Source of the DNA: Planctomycetota bacterium
GTDB lineage: Bacteria > Planctomycetota > UBA8742 > UBA2392
NCBI GenBank assembly: GCA_003576915.1
Contig: QEVF01000011.1
Coordinates: 44,260 to 108,259 of the forward strand
Direction of reading: 5' to 3'
DNA: 64,000 bases
Every line of letters begins with the position of its first letter. Positions within the stretch are counted from its first letter, which is position 1. The position numbers were made by a program, and so were the translations under genes. The notes below the pieces were generated by a model. It was not told the DNA's origin and did not search any database. It saw only the letters and a program-made list of their open reading frames with translations. This document shows, one piece after another, positions 7,089-16,120 of this stretch.

Positions 7089-9464
7089 ATGTCCCTGCTT
7101 GACGCCCTCAATGAGCAGCAACGCGACGCGGTGACCACGATCCAGGGGCCGCTGCTGGTGCTGGCCGGGCCCGGCTCGGGCAAGACCCGCGTGATCACCA
7201 CACGCATCGCCTGGATGATCGAACAGGGCATCTCGCCCTATCGCATCCTGGCCATGACCTTCACCAACAAGGCCGCGGGCGAGATGAAGGCGCGCGTGGA
7301 GAAACTCGCGCCCGGCAGCAACGTCCAGATTTCGACCTTCCACAGCTTCGGCGCCTGGCTGCTGCGGCGCGAGGCCGAACACCTGGGCTTTGCACGGGAC
7401 TTCTCCATCTACGATACCGATGACCGCGAAAGCCTGATCCGCCGCCTGATGAAGGACCTCAACATCGACAGCGCGTTCGTCACGGCCAGCGCGGCAGGCT
7501 ATGCGATTTCCGACGCCAAGAACCGCGGCATCAACCCCCACTACTTCGCCAGCGGCGCCTTTGACCCCAAAACCAGGGCCATCGCCGACATCTACGAGAA
7601 GTACCAGGCGGCGCTCAAGCAGGCCAACGCCATGGACTTCGACGATCTGCTCGTCCTGCCCCTGGAACTATTTCACAAACACGAGGCCGTTCTCGAAAAG
7701 TACCGCGACCGCTTCACGCACCTGCTCATCGACGAATACCAGGACACCAATACCGTCCAGTACCAGCTCGCCAAGCTGCTGGCGTCGCGCGAAAAGAACC
7801 TCTGCGTCACGGGAGACCCGGACCAGAGCATCTACTCCTGGCGCGGCGCCGACATCCAGAACATCCTCAACTTCGAGCGCGACTTTCCCCAGGCCCGCAC
7901 CGTCGTTCTGGGCCAAAACTACCGCAGCACGCGCAACATCGTGGCCGCCGCCGACGCCCTGGTGAAGCACAACGTTGCGCGCAAAGACAAGAAGCTGACC
8001 ACCGACAACGAGGAAGGTTCCCGCGTCCGCATCTGCAAATGCCAGAACGAGGTCCACGAAGCGCTGACCGTGGCCGACGCCATAGCCGCCTTGCGCCGCG
8101 ACGAGAACATCGACTACGGCGAAGTCGCCGTGTTCTACCGCATGAACGCGCAGTCCCGCGTGCTGGAACAGGCGCTGCGCGAACGCAGCATTCCCTACCA
8201 GCTCATCGGCGCGGTCGCCTTTTACCAGCGCCAGGAAATCAAGGATGTGCTCGCCTACCTGCGCCTGCTGGTCAACCCCCGCGACAGCGTTGCTTTCGCG
8301 CGCGCGCTGATGCGCCCGGCGCGCGGCGTGGGCGAGGGCACCCTGGCCAAGCTCACGGCCGCGGCAGCGCCCGGCGGACGCACCCTGCTCGATGTCGCCA
8401 AAGACCCCAAAGCCGCGGGCGTGGCCGGAGTCCAGAAGCGGGCCCTGGACGGCCTTTCAAAGCTGGCCCATATGTACGGCGGCCTTCTCTCCGGCCCGCT
8501 TCACCCCATCAGCCAGATCGTCGAGCGCGTGGTCATGGAAAGCGGCTACATGCAGGCCCTCAAGGAGGACGTAGACCCCCGCGCCCAGGACCGCATCGAA
8601 AACGTCAAGGAACTGATCTCCGATGCCCGCACCCGGGAGCAGCAGAACCCCGAACTCGATCTCGGGGCCTGGCTTGAGCAGGTCGCCCTCGTCAGCGACA
8701 CCGACAACCTTGACGCCCAGAAACCCGCCGTCACGCTCATGACCCTGCACAGCGCCAAGGGCCTCGAGTTTCCGGCAGTGTTCATCGTCGGCCTTGAAGA
8801 CGGCTGCCTGCCCCACAGCCGCGCCATCCAGGGCGACAGCGACCTTGAGGAAGAACGCCGCCTGTGCTACGTGGGCATCACGCGGGCGCGGCGCTTCCTG
8901 ACGCTTTCGCTGGCGCGCCATCGTGAACAGTTCGGCAACTTCCAGCGCAATGCTCCCTCGCGTTTCCTGCGCGAGATTCCGCCGGACCTGTGCGAGACCC
9001 GCGATCTCTCCGGCGCCGCCGAGGCCTATCTCGGACACTGGGCCGACCAGTGGAGCGGCCGGCGCAAGAGCCAGGCCGGCGTTGAATACCGCGAAGGCGA
9101 CAACCCCTTCGACTTCAGCCATGCCGCGCCGGGCGATGCCGCCGACGACGAAGGCGATCTGCCCCCCGTCGAGGATGGCCCCGCCGACCACCTCGGGACC
9201 GCCGCCAGGCGGCCCATGGCCGGGCGCGGGGAGACCAGAACCAACAGCCTGTTCAGGGAAACGCCAGAGTCCGAGCCGGCCCCCGAAAGCCGGAGCTACG
9301 CCTCGGACTTCAAAACGGGCGATCGCGTGCGGCATGCCGTGTTCGGCATCGGGCGGATCCTGGAATGTACGGGCTCGGGCGAGAAGGCGCGGGTGCGCGT
9401 GAGCTTCCAGGGCTGGGGCGAGAAGAACCTGGCCCTTGAGTTTGCGCGGCTGGAGCGGGTCTGA
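7089..9464 (+). CDS. pcrA: ATP-dependent DNA helicase PcrA/UvrD (SF1)
   Basis: LNEQQRDAV..LLVLAGPGSGKTRVIT (Walker A), LLIDEYQDTN, VTGDPDQSIYSWRGA, QNYRST, TLHSAKGLEF, YVGITRAR. C-terminal Tudor-like GDRVRHAVFGIGRI. Confidence 0.95.
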   Translation: MSLLDALNEQQRDAVTTIQGPLLVLAGPGSGKTRVITTRIAWMIEQGISPYRILAMTFTNKAAGEMKARVEKLAPGSNVQISTFHSFGAWLLRREAEHLGFARDFSIYDTDDRESLIRRLMKDLNIDSAFVTASAAGYAISDAKNRGINPHYFASGAFDPKTRAIADIYEKYQAALKQANAMDFDDLLVLPLELFHKHEAVLEKYRDRFTHLLIDEYQDTNTVQYQLAKLLASREKNLCVTGDPDQSIYSWRGADIQNILNFERDFPQARTVVLGQNYRSTRNIVAAADALVKHNVARKDKKLTTDNEEGSRVRICKCQNEVHEALTVADAIAALRRDENIDYGEVAVFYRMNAQSRVLEQALRERSIPYQLIGAVAFYQRQEIKDVLAYLRLLVNPRDSVAFARALMRPARGVGEGTLAKLTAAAAPGGRTLLDVAKDPKAAGVAGVQKRALDGLSKLAHMYGGLLSGPLHPISQIVERVVMESGYMQALKEDVDPRAQDRIENVKELISDARTREQQNPELDLGAWLEQVALVSDTDNLDAQKPAVTLMTLHSAKGLEFPAVFIVGLEDGCLPHSRAIQGDSDLEEERRLCYVGITRARRFLTLSLARHREQFGNFQRNAPSRFLREIPPDLCETRDLSGAAEAYLGHWADQWSGRRKSQAGVEYREGDNPFDFSHAAPGDAADDEGDLPPVEDGPADHLGTAARRPMAGRGETRTNSLFRETPESEPAPESRSYASDFKTGDRVRHAVFGIGRILECTGSGEKARVRVSFQGWGEKNLALEFARLERV

Positions 9465-9589
9465 CACCACGACGGCAGCGCGCTTTACGGGTTCGCCCCC
9501 TTCGGTCGCTGTCTGCCCCGCTCGGTTTGCGCTTGCCGTTGGCAGCGCGGAACCACTTCCACAAAGCTCCAGGCACGCGCCACAAACAG

Positions 9590-9621
9590 CACCGGCCGCC
9601 CGCGGGCGGCCGGTGTGATTT
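9590..9621. terminator. GC-rich hairpin between convergent pcrA and the PPC-repeat gene (bidirectional terminator candidate)
   Basis: caccggccgcc-cgc-gggcggccggtg followed by tgattt on the plus strand. Its complement is followed by ctgtttgtgg on the minus strand. Confidence 0.6.
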
Positions 9622-9632
9622 CAGGTGCAGCA

Positions 9633-12482
9633 TCAGCGGCCGGCAAGCCGGCGCCTGGAGAACCAGAGGGCGGGCAGCAGCAGCGAGGCCAGCAGCCACA
9701 GGTTCAGGGAGTCGTCCCCCGTCGAGCAGCCGCCACCGCCCTTGGGGCCGGGGTTGAGGCTCGAACCGAGGGTGAAGCTGCCATTGCCGGAGGCCGGGTT
9801 GTCGCCCCCGCCTCCCGCCAGGCTCACGGTGATGCTTCCCAGGGTGGCAAAGCCGTCAATGGCGTAGGTCCAGGAAACGGTCCGCGTCTGTCCGGCGGGA
9901 ATCGCGACGGGCAGGACCGGGTTGGTGGTGCCGGTGGCCACGTACTGGTAGGTCACCGTGGTCGCCCCCGCCAGGAAGGTGATGCTGCCCGGAGCATTGA
10001 AGGTGCCCGTGGCCCGGCCCGTGGCATTGCTGACCACGGCTTCGAGGATGAGCACGCCGCCCGGCACCAGGTTGCTGGTCGTGCCGGCGCGGATGTTGCT
10101 GTACGTGAGCTGCGGGACCGCCGGCACGCCGCCGGACACCGTGAAGGTATCGGCAGGGTCGCCGGGCAGCCTCCGCGTGCCGGACAGGCCCACGGCGTTG
10201 ACGCTGATGACGCCGTTGGTCGTGGCCGGATTGCCCGTGATCTGGAACGTGATGTTCTGGTTCGCGCCCGCCGCGATCGCGACCGGCATGGCCGGCGTGG
10301 GGGCGGTGATGGTGTATTCGGTGGTCACCGTCGCGCCCAGCGCATGGGTGAGGCGCAGCGTCAGGCTCGTGAGATTCTCAGAACCCATGGCGGCCGTGTT
10401 GGACACGTTCACCGTGACATTCACGCTGCCGCCCACCGAGGCGTCCATGGTCTTGGGCGCGGCCACGGTCACACTGTTGATCTGCAGCGGCGTCAGGGGA
10501 TTGGCGTTGTTGATGTTGACATTGACGGCGTAATTCATGGCGCGCGACGCCCAGCGGAAAACGCGGAAGTAGATGTCGCCGGAGGCGGGAGGCGTAAGCC
10601 CGAGGGCCGTGTAGGCATCGCCGGCGTTGGCGGTGACCACGACCTTCTGGAAACCGGCGCTCTCGCGGGTGAGGTTGCGGTTCATGAGCCCGTCCGCGAC
10701 GTCGGAAAGCGCGCCGCTGCCGGTGTTCATGTCGTAGACCTCGAGATCGAGGTCCATTTCCGTGCCGGCCGTGTAGATGAGGGTGATTTCCACGGACTGG
10801 CCGTTGGAGGCCGAAATCTTGTACCAGTCCGCGCCGTCCATGGCCTTGAGGCCCGGGGTCAGGCCGCCCAGAAGGCGGGCATTGGCTGAAGTCTGGGCTT
10901 CGGCCAGGGTGTCGTTGGGTTCTCGGGTGTCTTCGGGCGCGATGCTCAACGGCGTCAGGGTGGGGCCGCCGGCCGCGCCGTTGATGTACACGGTCAGGGA
11001 GTAGGTGCCGTCCGCGGGCACGTTGCCGGGTATGACGCGGATCAGGTAGTCACCGGCCGCATAGCCCGTGGTCCCGCCGCTGCCCACGGTGCCCCAGATG
11101 CCCACGATTTCCTTGGCGGTCGTGCCCGCGGGCGTCTTGACCGTCGAGTTGTTGTTGGGAATGAACGTGAAGTCGATGCGGTCGTCGATCAGGCCGGGGT
11201 TGGCCGCGTTGGGCTTGTAGAGTTCGATGTCAAGGTTGTCCGTCGCGGGGGCGGTGTGGGTCAGGTGAACTTCCAGGGTGCCGCCGTTGGGCACATTGAC
11301 CTTGTACCAGTCCTGCTCGTTGAGTCCCGACGAGTAGAACATCTTCAGGCCCGAGTGGACGCCGGCAGCCAGCGTCGCGGCCGTGGCGGCGGTGTCGTTG
11401 TTGCCGCTGCCGGTGTCGTAGATGTCGTCCGTCACGTTGGTGACGGTAAAGGCGATGTTGTAGTTGCCGGCGGTGTAATAGAAGCCGATCTGGTTGGGCG
11501 GCAGTTGCACCCAGGCCAGCACATGGAAGTAGTAGGTTCCGGCACCCAGAGGCGCCGTGGTGAGTGATTCGGATGTATTGACGGTCGCCGGAAAGGTCAG
11601 GTTGAAGTTGGGAGGCGGGAAGGTGTCCGAGGCGCCCTGGAACGAAAGCACACCACCGGCGTCGTCGATCCAGAAGAGATCGAAGTTGATCTGCTGGGTT
11701 CCCGTGGTCGTGGCAAAGCCCGTCAGGTTGACGTTGATGCGGCCGGGCTGCGGCAGGGTGACCTTGTAGTAATCCCAGCCGGTGTAGGTGCGCGTGTTCA
11801 GCGTCGTGGTGCGGGGGCTGCCGGTGCCGGCCGGGGTGGCGTCTGCGGCGTTGGCGAGAAAATGGTTGTTGGAATAGAGGCCCTCGGAGGCGTCGGGCAG
11901 GAGCGTGGCGGTGCTGAATTCCACCGACCAGTGATAGGCCAGGTTCTGGCCCGAGGGGATGCCGCCGGAAACGACGTAAAAGCGCAGGTAAATGTTGCCG
12001 GCGGGGCTCACCGTGGCCGAAGCCACGGCGCCGTTGTAGGGATCATTGACGCCGCTGGTCCCCGTGCCGTTGGTGCGCAGGGTGCGATAGGCCGTGGGCG
12101 GGCTGAGGGGCCCGGCCAGCACGACGCCGTTGGCATCCAGGACTTCAACGCCGATGGCCGCCGTCGCGGGCGCCAGGCCTTCCTGATAGACGTAAACGGA
12201 CGCGATGCTGTCAGGCGCGCCGTTGATCAGGAAGTAGTCCACATCGCCGGAAACCAGGTAGAGCTGCTCGTCAAAACTCGGGGCGTTGAAGAGCACGCCG
12301 AAAATGTTCTGGCTGCTGTAGTGGGTGCAGCCGGCGACCGTGGCGCCCGCCAGGTTGTTGTTGGGCTCAAAACCGTCATTGGTGGCCTGTGCAAACAGCG
12401 GGGCGCAGAGGCCCGCAAACAGCGTCAGAGCAGCGAGTCGAATCCCGTTCACAGTATTCTCCCAGGCCGGAGTATCCGGCAA
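9633..12482 (-). CDS. Large secreted PPC (pre-peptidase C-terminal)-repeat / Ig-like-repeat protein with C-terminal Cys-containing sorting signal
   Basis: Signal peptide ..RLAALTLFAGLCAPLFAQA. Repeated modules such as EPNDTLAEAQT..GADWYKISASNGQSVEITL..DLDLEVYD and NNDTAATAATL..EQDWYKVNVPNGGTLEVHL..LDIELY. C-terminus GGGGCSTGDDSLNLWLLASLLLPALWFSRRRLAGR. Confidence 0.8.
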   Translation of the reverse strand: MPDTPAWENTVNGIRLAALTLFAGLCAPLFAQATNDGFEPNNNLAGATVAGCTHYSSQNIFGVLFNAPSFDEQLYLVSGDVDYFLINGAPDSIASVYVYQEGLAPATAAIGVEVLDANGVVLAGPLSPPTAYRTLRTNGTGTSGVNDPYNGAVASATVSPAGNIYLRFYVVSGGIPSGQNLAYHWSVEFSTATLLPDASEGLYSNNHFLANAADATPAGTGSPRTTTLNTRTYTGWDYYKVTLPQPGRINVNLTGFATTTGTQQINFDLFWIDDAGGVLSFQGASDTFPPPNFNLTFPATVNTSESLTTAPLGAGTYYFHVLAWVQLPPNQIGFYYTAGNYNIAFTVTNVTDDIYDTGSGNNDTAATAATLAAGVHSGLKMFYSSGLNEQDWYKVNVPNGGTLEVHLTHTAPATDNLDIELYKPNAANPGLIDDRIDFTFIPNNNSTVKTPAGTTAKEIVGIWGTVGSGGTTGYAAGDYLIRVIPGNVPADGTYSLTVYINGAAGGPTLTPLSIAPEDTREPNDTLAEAQTSANARLLGGLTPGLKAMDGADWYKISASNGQSVEITLIYTAGTEMDLDLEVYDMNTGSGALSDVADGLMNRNLTRESAGFQKVVVTANAGDAYTALGLTPPASGDIYFRVFRWASRAMNYAVNVNINNANPLTPLQINSVTVAAPKTMDASVGGSVNVTVNVSNTAAMGSENLTSLTLRLTHALGATVTTEYTITAPTPAMPVAIAAGANQNITFQITGNPATTNGVISVNAVGLSGTRRLPGDPADTFTVSGGVPAVPQLTYSNIRAGTTSNLVPGGVLILEAVVSNATGRATGTFNAPGSITFLAGATTVTYQYVATGTTNPVLPVAIPAGQTRTVSWTYAIDGFATLGSITVSLAGGGGDNPASGNGSFTLGSSLNPGPKGGGGCSTGDDSLNLWLLASLLLPALWFSRRRLAGR

Positions 12483-12485
12483 CGC

Positions 12486-12513
12486 GCAAAAGCCCAGCTT
12501 GCCCGCTGGGCTA
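12486..12513 (-). terminator. Weak terminator-like hairpin downstream of xerD
   Basis: On the minus strand, agcccag-N8-ctgggct is followed by tttt. Short U tract, about 75 nt after the xerD stop. Confidence 0.35.
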
Positions 12514-12588
12514 CCGTCCCCAAGCCAGATAGTCTGAGTTACGCAGGCCTGATTCTAGGCTTTGTCACGGCTGCGTCAATGCGCGGGC

Positions 12589-13500
12589 CTACCCCGCCCG
12601 GGGGTGGAAGCGCAGCATGACGTTGCGCAGGCGGTTGGCGTCCACGTGGGTATAGATCTGCGTGGTGGCGATGCTGACGTGCCCCAGCATTTCCTGCACG
12701 CTGCGTATGTCCGCGCCGTTCTCCAGCAGGTGCGTGGCAAAGCAGTGCCTCAGGGTGTGGGGGTGCAGCAGCTCCGGTGCAATCTGGGCCGCCGCAGCGT
12801 AGTGTTTGACCACCTCCCACAGCCGGTTGCGCGAGACCCGCCTGCCGGTCTTCGACACAAAGGCGATGTCCGTCGGAAACTTCAGCAGAGGCGGCCGCCC
12901 GCGGCTGAGGTACTCCTTGAAGTGCTCCACGGCCCGGCGCGAAATGGGCACCACGCGCTCCTTGCTGCCCTTGCCCCGCACCTGCAGGTAGCCTTCATCC
13001 AGATGCAGCCTCGCCAGCGTCAGGTCACAGACCTCGCTGGCCCGCGCCCCCGTGGCGTAAAGCGTGTGCAGCATGGCCCGGTCCCGCAGCACCAGCGGCG
13101 AATTCCCCGACGGCGCGTCCAGAAAGCGGGCCACATCGGCCGTGCTCAGCATGCGCGGCAGCCCCTGCTCGAGCTTGGGCGGAGCGAGGAACTGCGCTGC
13201 GTCCTCCTGGCGCGTCACCTCAACGCTCAGAAACCGCGAGAACATGCGCAAGGCGCTGACGCGCCGGGCCAAGGTCCTGTCCGCCATGCCCAGGGCCCGT
13301 TCCGACGCCAGGAACTCCGACAGGTCGTCAGCGCGCACGTTGCGCCAGTCAAAGATGCCGCGCGCGAAAAGGAACTCGAGCAGGCGCTCGAGGTCGCGGC
13401 GGTAGGCGGCCATGGAATTCTCGGCCAGGCCGCATTCGAGGCTCAGGTAATCCAGAAACGACTGCAACTGGAGGCGCAGGGCGCAGGCTTCAGCGGTCAT
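12589..13500 (-). CDS. xerD: Tyrosine site-specific recombinase XerD/XerC
   Basis: 303 aa. ..LHPHTLRHCFATHLLENGADIRSVQEMLGHVSIATTQIYTHV..RFHPRAG matches the Xer catalytic C-terminus (R..HxxR..Y). N-terminal SAM-like FLDYLSLECGLAENSMAAYRRDL. Confidence 0.9.
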   Translation of the reverse strand: MTAEACALRLQLQSFLDYLSLECGLAENSMAAYRRDLERLLEFLFARGIFDWRNVRADDLSEFLASERALGMADRTLARRVSALRMFSRFLSVEVTRQEDAAQFLAPPKLEQGLPRMLSTADVARFLDAPSGNSPLVLRDRAMLHTLYATGARASEVCDLTLARLHLDEGYLQVRGKGSKERVVPISRRAVEHFKEYLSRGRPPLLKFPTDIAFVSKTGRRVSRNRLWEVVKHYAAAAQIAPELLHPHTLRHCFATHLLENGADIRSVQEMLGHVSIATTQIYTHVDANRLRNVMLRFHPRAG

Positions 13501-13601
13501 AGGACGGGGCTCTGCCCCAGATCGTTATCGACTGCCGGGCCGGACGACTTGAATGATTGAGGGATTGACAGAACGGGGGCCGGCAGGCCGGCGCTGCGGC
13601 G

Positions 13602-14270
13602 TCACTCGAATTCCCGCAGGAAGCGGTCGATGTCCTTGTCGCGGGCCACCAGCATGAGCACGTCGCCTTCATGGACCGTGGTGTCGGGGCCGGGGATGAC
13701 CACCGCCTCCTCGCCGGCCATGGTGCCGGGACGTTTGATGGCCACCAGGTTCAGGCCCAGCCTCTTGCGCAGGTTCAGTTCGAGCAGTGTCTTGCCGTGG
13801 ATGCCGCGCGGAGACTTCACCTGCACGAAACTGTGGTCCTTGCCGATTTCGACGGCCTCGAGCAGGGTCGGCCTTGAAAGGCGCTGGGAGAGTTTGAGCG
13901 CGGCCTGCTCCTCGGGCATGATGACTTCATCGGCGCCCAGGCGCCTGAGGATCTTCTCCTTGACGCGGTCATTGGCGCGCGCGATGACCTTGGGGTATTC
14001 CAGGTCGCGCGCGGCCAGCATGGCGAGCTGGCAGGCCTCGAAGTCCTCGCCGATGGCGACGATGACGGTGTCAACCTTGCCCAACCCCAGCGAGCGGAGG
14101 GTTTCAAGATCGGTGCCGTCGCCGCTGACGGCCAGGGCGACCTTGTCCTTGATCTGGTTGATGATTTCGGGGCGCGAATCCAGGGCAATGACTTCAATGC
14201 CCTCCTGCGCGAGGCTTTCGGCCAGCGCCATTCCAAAACGACCCAAGCCGATGACTCCAACTTTCTGCAT
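13602..14270 (-). CDS. trkA: Potassium uptake protein TrkA/KtrA (RCK, NAD-binding)
   Basis: MQKVGVIGLGRFGMALAESLAQEGIEVIALD Rossmann motif plus a C-terminal TrkA_C-like region. Lies 2 nt downstream of trkH. Confidence 0.9.
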   Translation of the reverse strand: MQKVGVIGLGRFGMALAESLAQEGIEVIALDSRPEIINQIKDKVALAVSGDGTDLETLRSLGLGKVDTVIVAIGEDFEACQLAMLAARDLEYPKVIARANDRVKEKILRRLGADEVIMPEEQAALKLSQRLSRPTLLEAVEIGKDHSFVQVKSPRGIHGKTLLELNLRKRLGLNLVAIKRPGTMAGEEAVVIPGPDTTVHEGDVLMLVARDKDIDRFLREFE

Positions 14271-14272
14271 GT

Positions 14273-16111
14273 TCAGCCGATCATCACGCCTTCCTTGGGA
14301 TACTCAAACCGCTGAGCCCGGCGCGCGCTGATGGCGAGCACCAGGGTCAGCGGACCGATACGGCCAAGGAACATGCAGGCGATAATGATGAGCTTGCCCG
14401 CTTCGGTCAACCTCGGAGTGACGCCGACACTCAGGCCCGTCGTGGCAAAAGCGCTCACGGCCTCGAACATCAGGCGCAGGCCGCCGTGGCTGGAGGCCGC
14501 CAGCACGGTCTCCTGCTCCGTGGCCAGCAGCGCAAACACGGCCGCACTGATGAAGGAGAAGGCCAGAACCAGCATGACCAGGCTCTTGACCACCAGTTCG
14601 TCGGGGATGCGGCGCCGCAGGATTTCAGGGCTGCGGCCGCGAATCAGCGCAACCACCGCCAGCAGCAGGATCACCACGGTCGTGGTCTTGAGGCCGCCCG
14701 CGGTGCCGCCGGGGCTGCCGCCCACCAGCATCAGCAGCATGGTGAAGAAGTGGGTGGCAGGCTGCATCTTTTCCAGGTCCAGGGTGTTGAATCCCGCTGT
14801 ACGGGGCGTGAGTGCGTGGAACAGGGAGCCGGCGGCCTGGCCTTCGGCGTCCAGCCCCGCCAGGGAGTGGCCCCGCTCCATGAGCCAGAACACCCCCATG
14901 CCCAGGGCCAGCAGCAGCAGCGTGCCGCTGACCACCAGTTTGGTCTGGACGGAAAGCCGGGGCACCGGTTGCTTGGGCACGTAGCGCCTCAGAATCGGCA
15001 GGCGGCGCACGGCGGGCAGCGCCCAGAAGCGGAAGGTCAGAAGTTCCACAATGACCGGAAAACCCAGCCCCCCCACCACCACCAGCCAACCGATGTTCAG
15101 CACCACCGGCCAGCGATCGGTGTAGCCCATGAGGCTGTCGCTGTGCAGGCCAAAGCCCGCGTTGCAGAACGCGCTGACGGAGTGAAACACCGAAAAATAG
15201 AGCTGCTGATCCGCGGGCAGGTAGCCGTCGGGCCCCCGCCAATGCCCGTAAAGCAGCGCCGCCCCCAGCAGCTCGCAGCCAAGCGTAATGCCCAGCACCC
15301 AGCCCGCCACGCGCCCCACGCGGCCGGCCAGATTCACGTTCATCATTTCGCCCAAAGCCGCGCTGTCGCGCACGCCCGCGCCCGAACCGAACATGAGCGA
15401 AAAGAACGCCGCGAAGGTCATGATGCCCAGGCCGCCGAACTGGATGAGCACCAGGATCACCAGTTGGCCAAAGGGCTTGAACTGTGTGCCGATGTCCATC
15501 GTGGCCAGGCCCGTGACGCAGGCCGCCGAGGTGGCCATGAACAGGGCGTCCACAAAGCGCGGGCTGCCCTCGGCCACCGTCGCGCCCGGCAGCATGAGCA
15601 GGCCCGCCCCCACCAGAATCAGCCCGATGAAGCTTGCAATGAACACGGTCAGGGGGCTGGCCGTCAGCTTGGCCAACACGTTGAAGAACCGCAGCAGGCG
15701 CTCCATCGAATAGAAGACCACGCCCCCCTGCACCAGCAGCACCAGCGCGCCCGTGCTTTGCGCCTCGTTGAGCACGTTGAGCGCTCCCGGCGAAAGCAGG
15801 CCCACGGCGGCCAGCATGACGAGCCCCAGCACCGCCGCCACGGAATCCACGGCGGTATGCCTGAACGCATAACGCAGATTGCGCCCCTTGAAATAAACCC
15901 CCAGGGGCTCACCCAGCAGCGCCAACAGACACACGGCCTGAACCAGATAGACCCAGGTCTTGTACTCGTGGGCAATCACCTCGCCGTGATAGAGCAAAAA
16001 GGCCACAGACCCGATCAGGGCGGCCAGGGCATTAACCGCACGATAGCGGCGCTGGAAGGCCTCCACGCGTTCGGTGGCGAAAATGGCGCTGATCTGGGTC
16101 AGTTCGCGCAC
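14273..16111 (-). CDS. trkH: TrkH/KtrB-family potassium transporter with about 140-aa N-terminal membrane extension
   Basis: FMATSAACVTGL, FHSVSAFCNAGF, HALTPRTAGF, FEAVSAFATTGL are the four selectivity-filter-like repeats of TrkH/KtrB. 612 aa. Confidence 0.9.
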   Translation of the reverse strand: MRELTQISAIFATERVEAFQRRYRAVNALAALIGSVAFLLYHGEVIAHEYKTWVYLVQAVCLLALLGEPLGVYFKGRNLRYAFRHTAVDSVAAVLGLVMLAAVGLLSPGALNVLNEAQSTGALVLLVQGGVVFYSMERLLRFFNVLAKLTASPLTVFIASFIGLILVGAGLLMLPGATVAEGSPRFVDALFMATSAACVTGLATMDIGTQFKPFGQLVILVLIQFGGLGIMTFAAFFSLMFGSGAGVRDSAALGEMMNVNLAGRVGRVAGWVLGITLGCELLGAALLYGHWRGPDGYLPADQQLYFSVFHSVSAFCNAGFGLHSDSLMGYTDRWPVVLNIGWLVVVGGLGFPVIVELLTFRFWALPAVRRLPILRRYVPKQPVPRLSVQTKLVVSGTLLLLALGMGVFWLMERGHSLAGLDAEGQAAGSLFHALTPRTAGFNTLDLEKMQPATHFFTMLLMLVGGSPGGTAGGLKTTTVVILLLAVVALIRGRSPEILRRRIPDELVVKSLVMLVLAFSFISAAVFALLATEQETVLAASSHGGLRLMFEAVSAFATTGLSVGVTPRLTEAGKLIIIACMFLGRIGPLTLVLAISARRAQRFEYPKEGVMIG

Positions 16112-16120
16112 TTTTGAGGT

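Noticed and set aside
6581-7231. 216-aa minus-strand ORF spanning the ABM gene and the pcrA start.
   Set aside because: It is antisense to two genes with clear motifs and crosses their intergenic region. Its composition is typical of shadow ORFs.
12589-13500. Considered whether the tyrosine recombinase marks an integrated mobile element.
   Set aside because: Its length, N-terminal SAM-like domain and C-terminal ..HPRAG end are those of chromosomal XerC/XerD. Flanking genes (trkAH, PPC exoprotein) show no compositional break, att-like repeat or phage/transposon genes that I could see.
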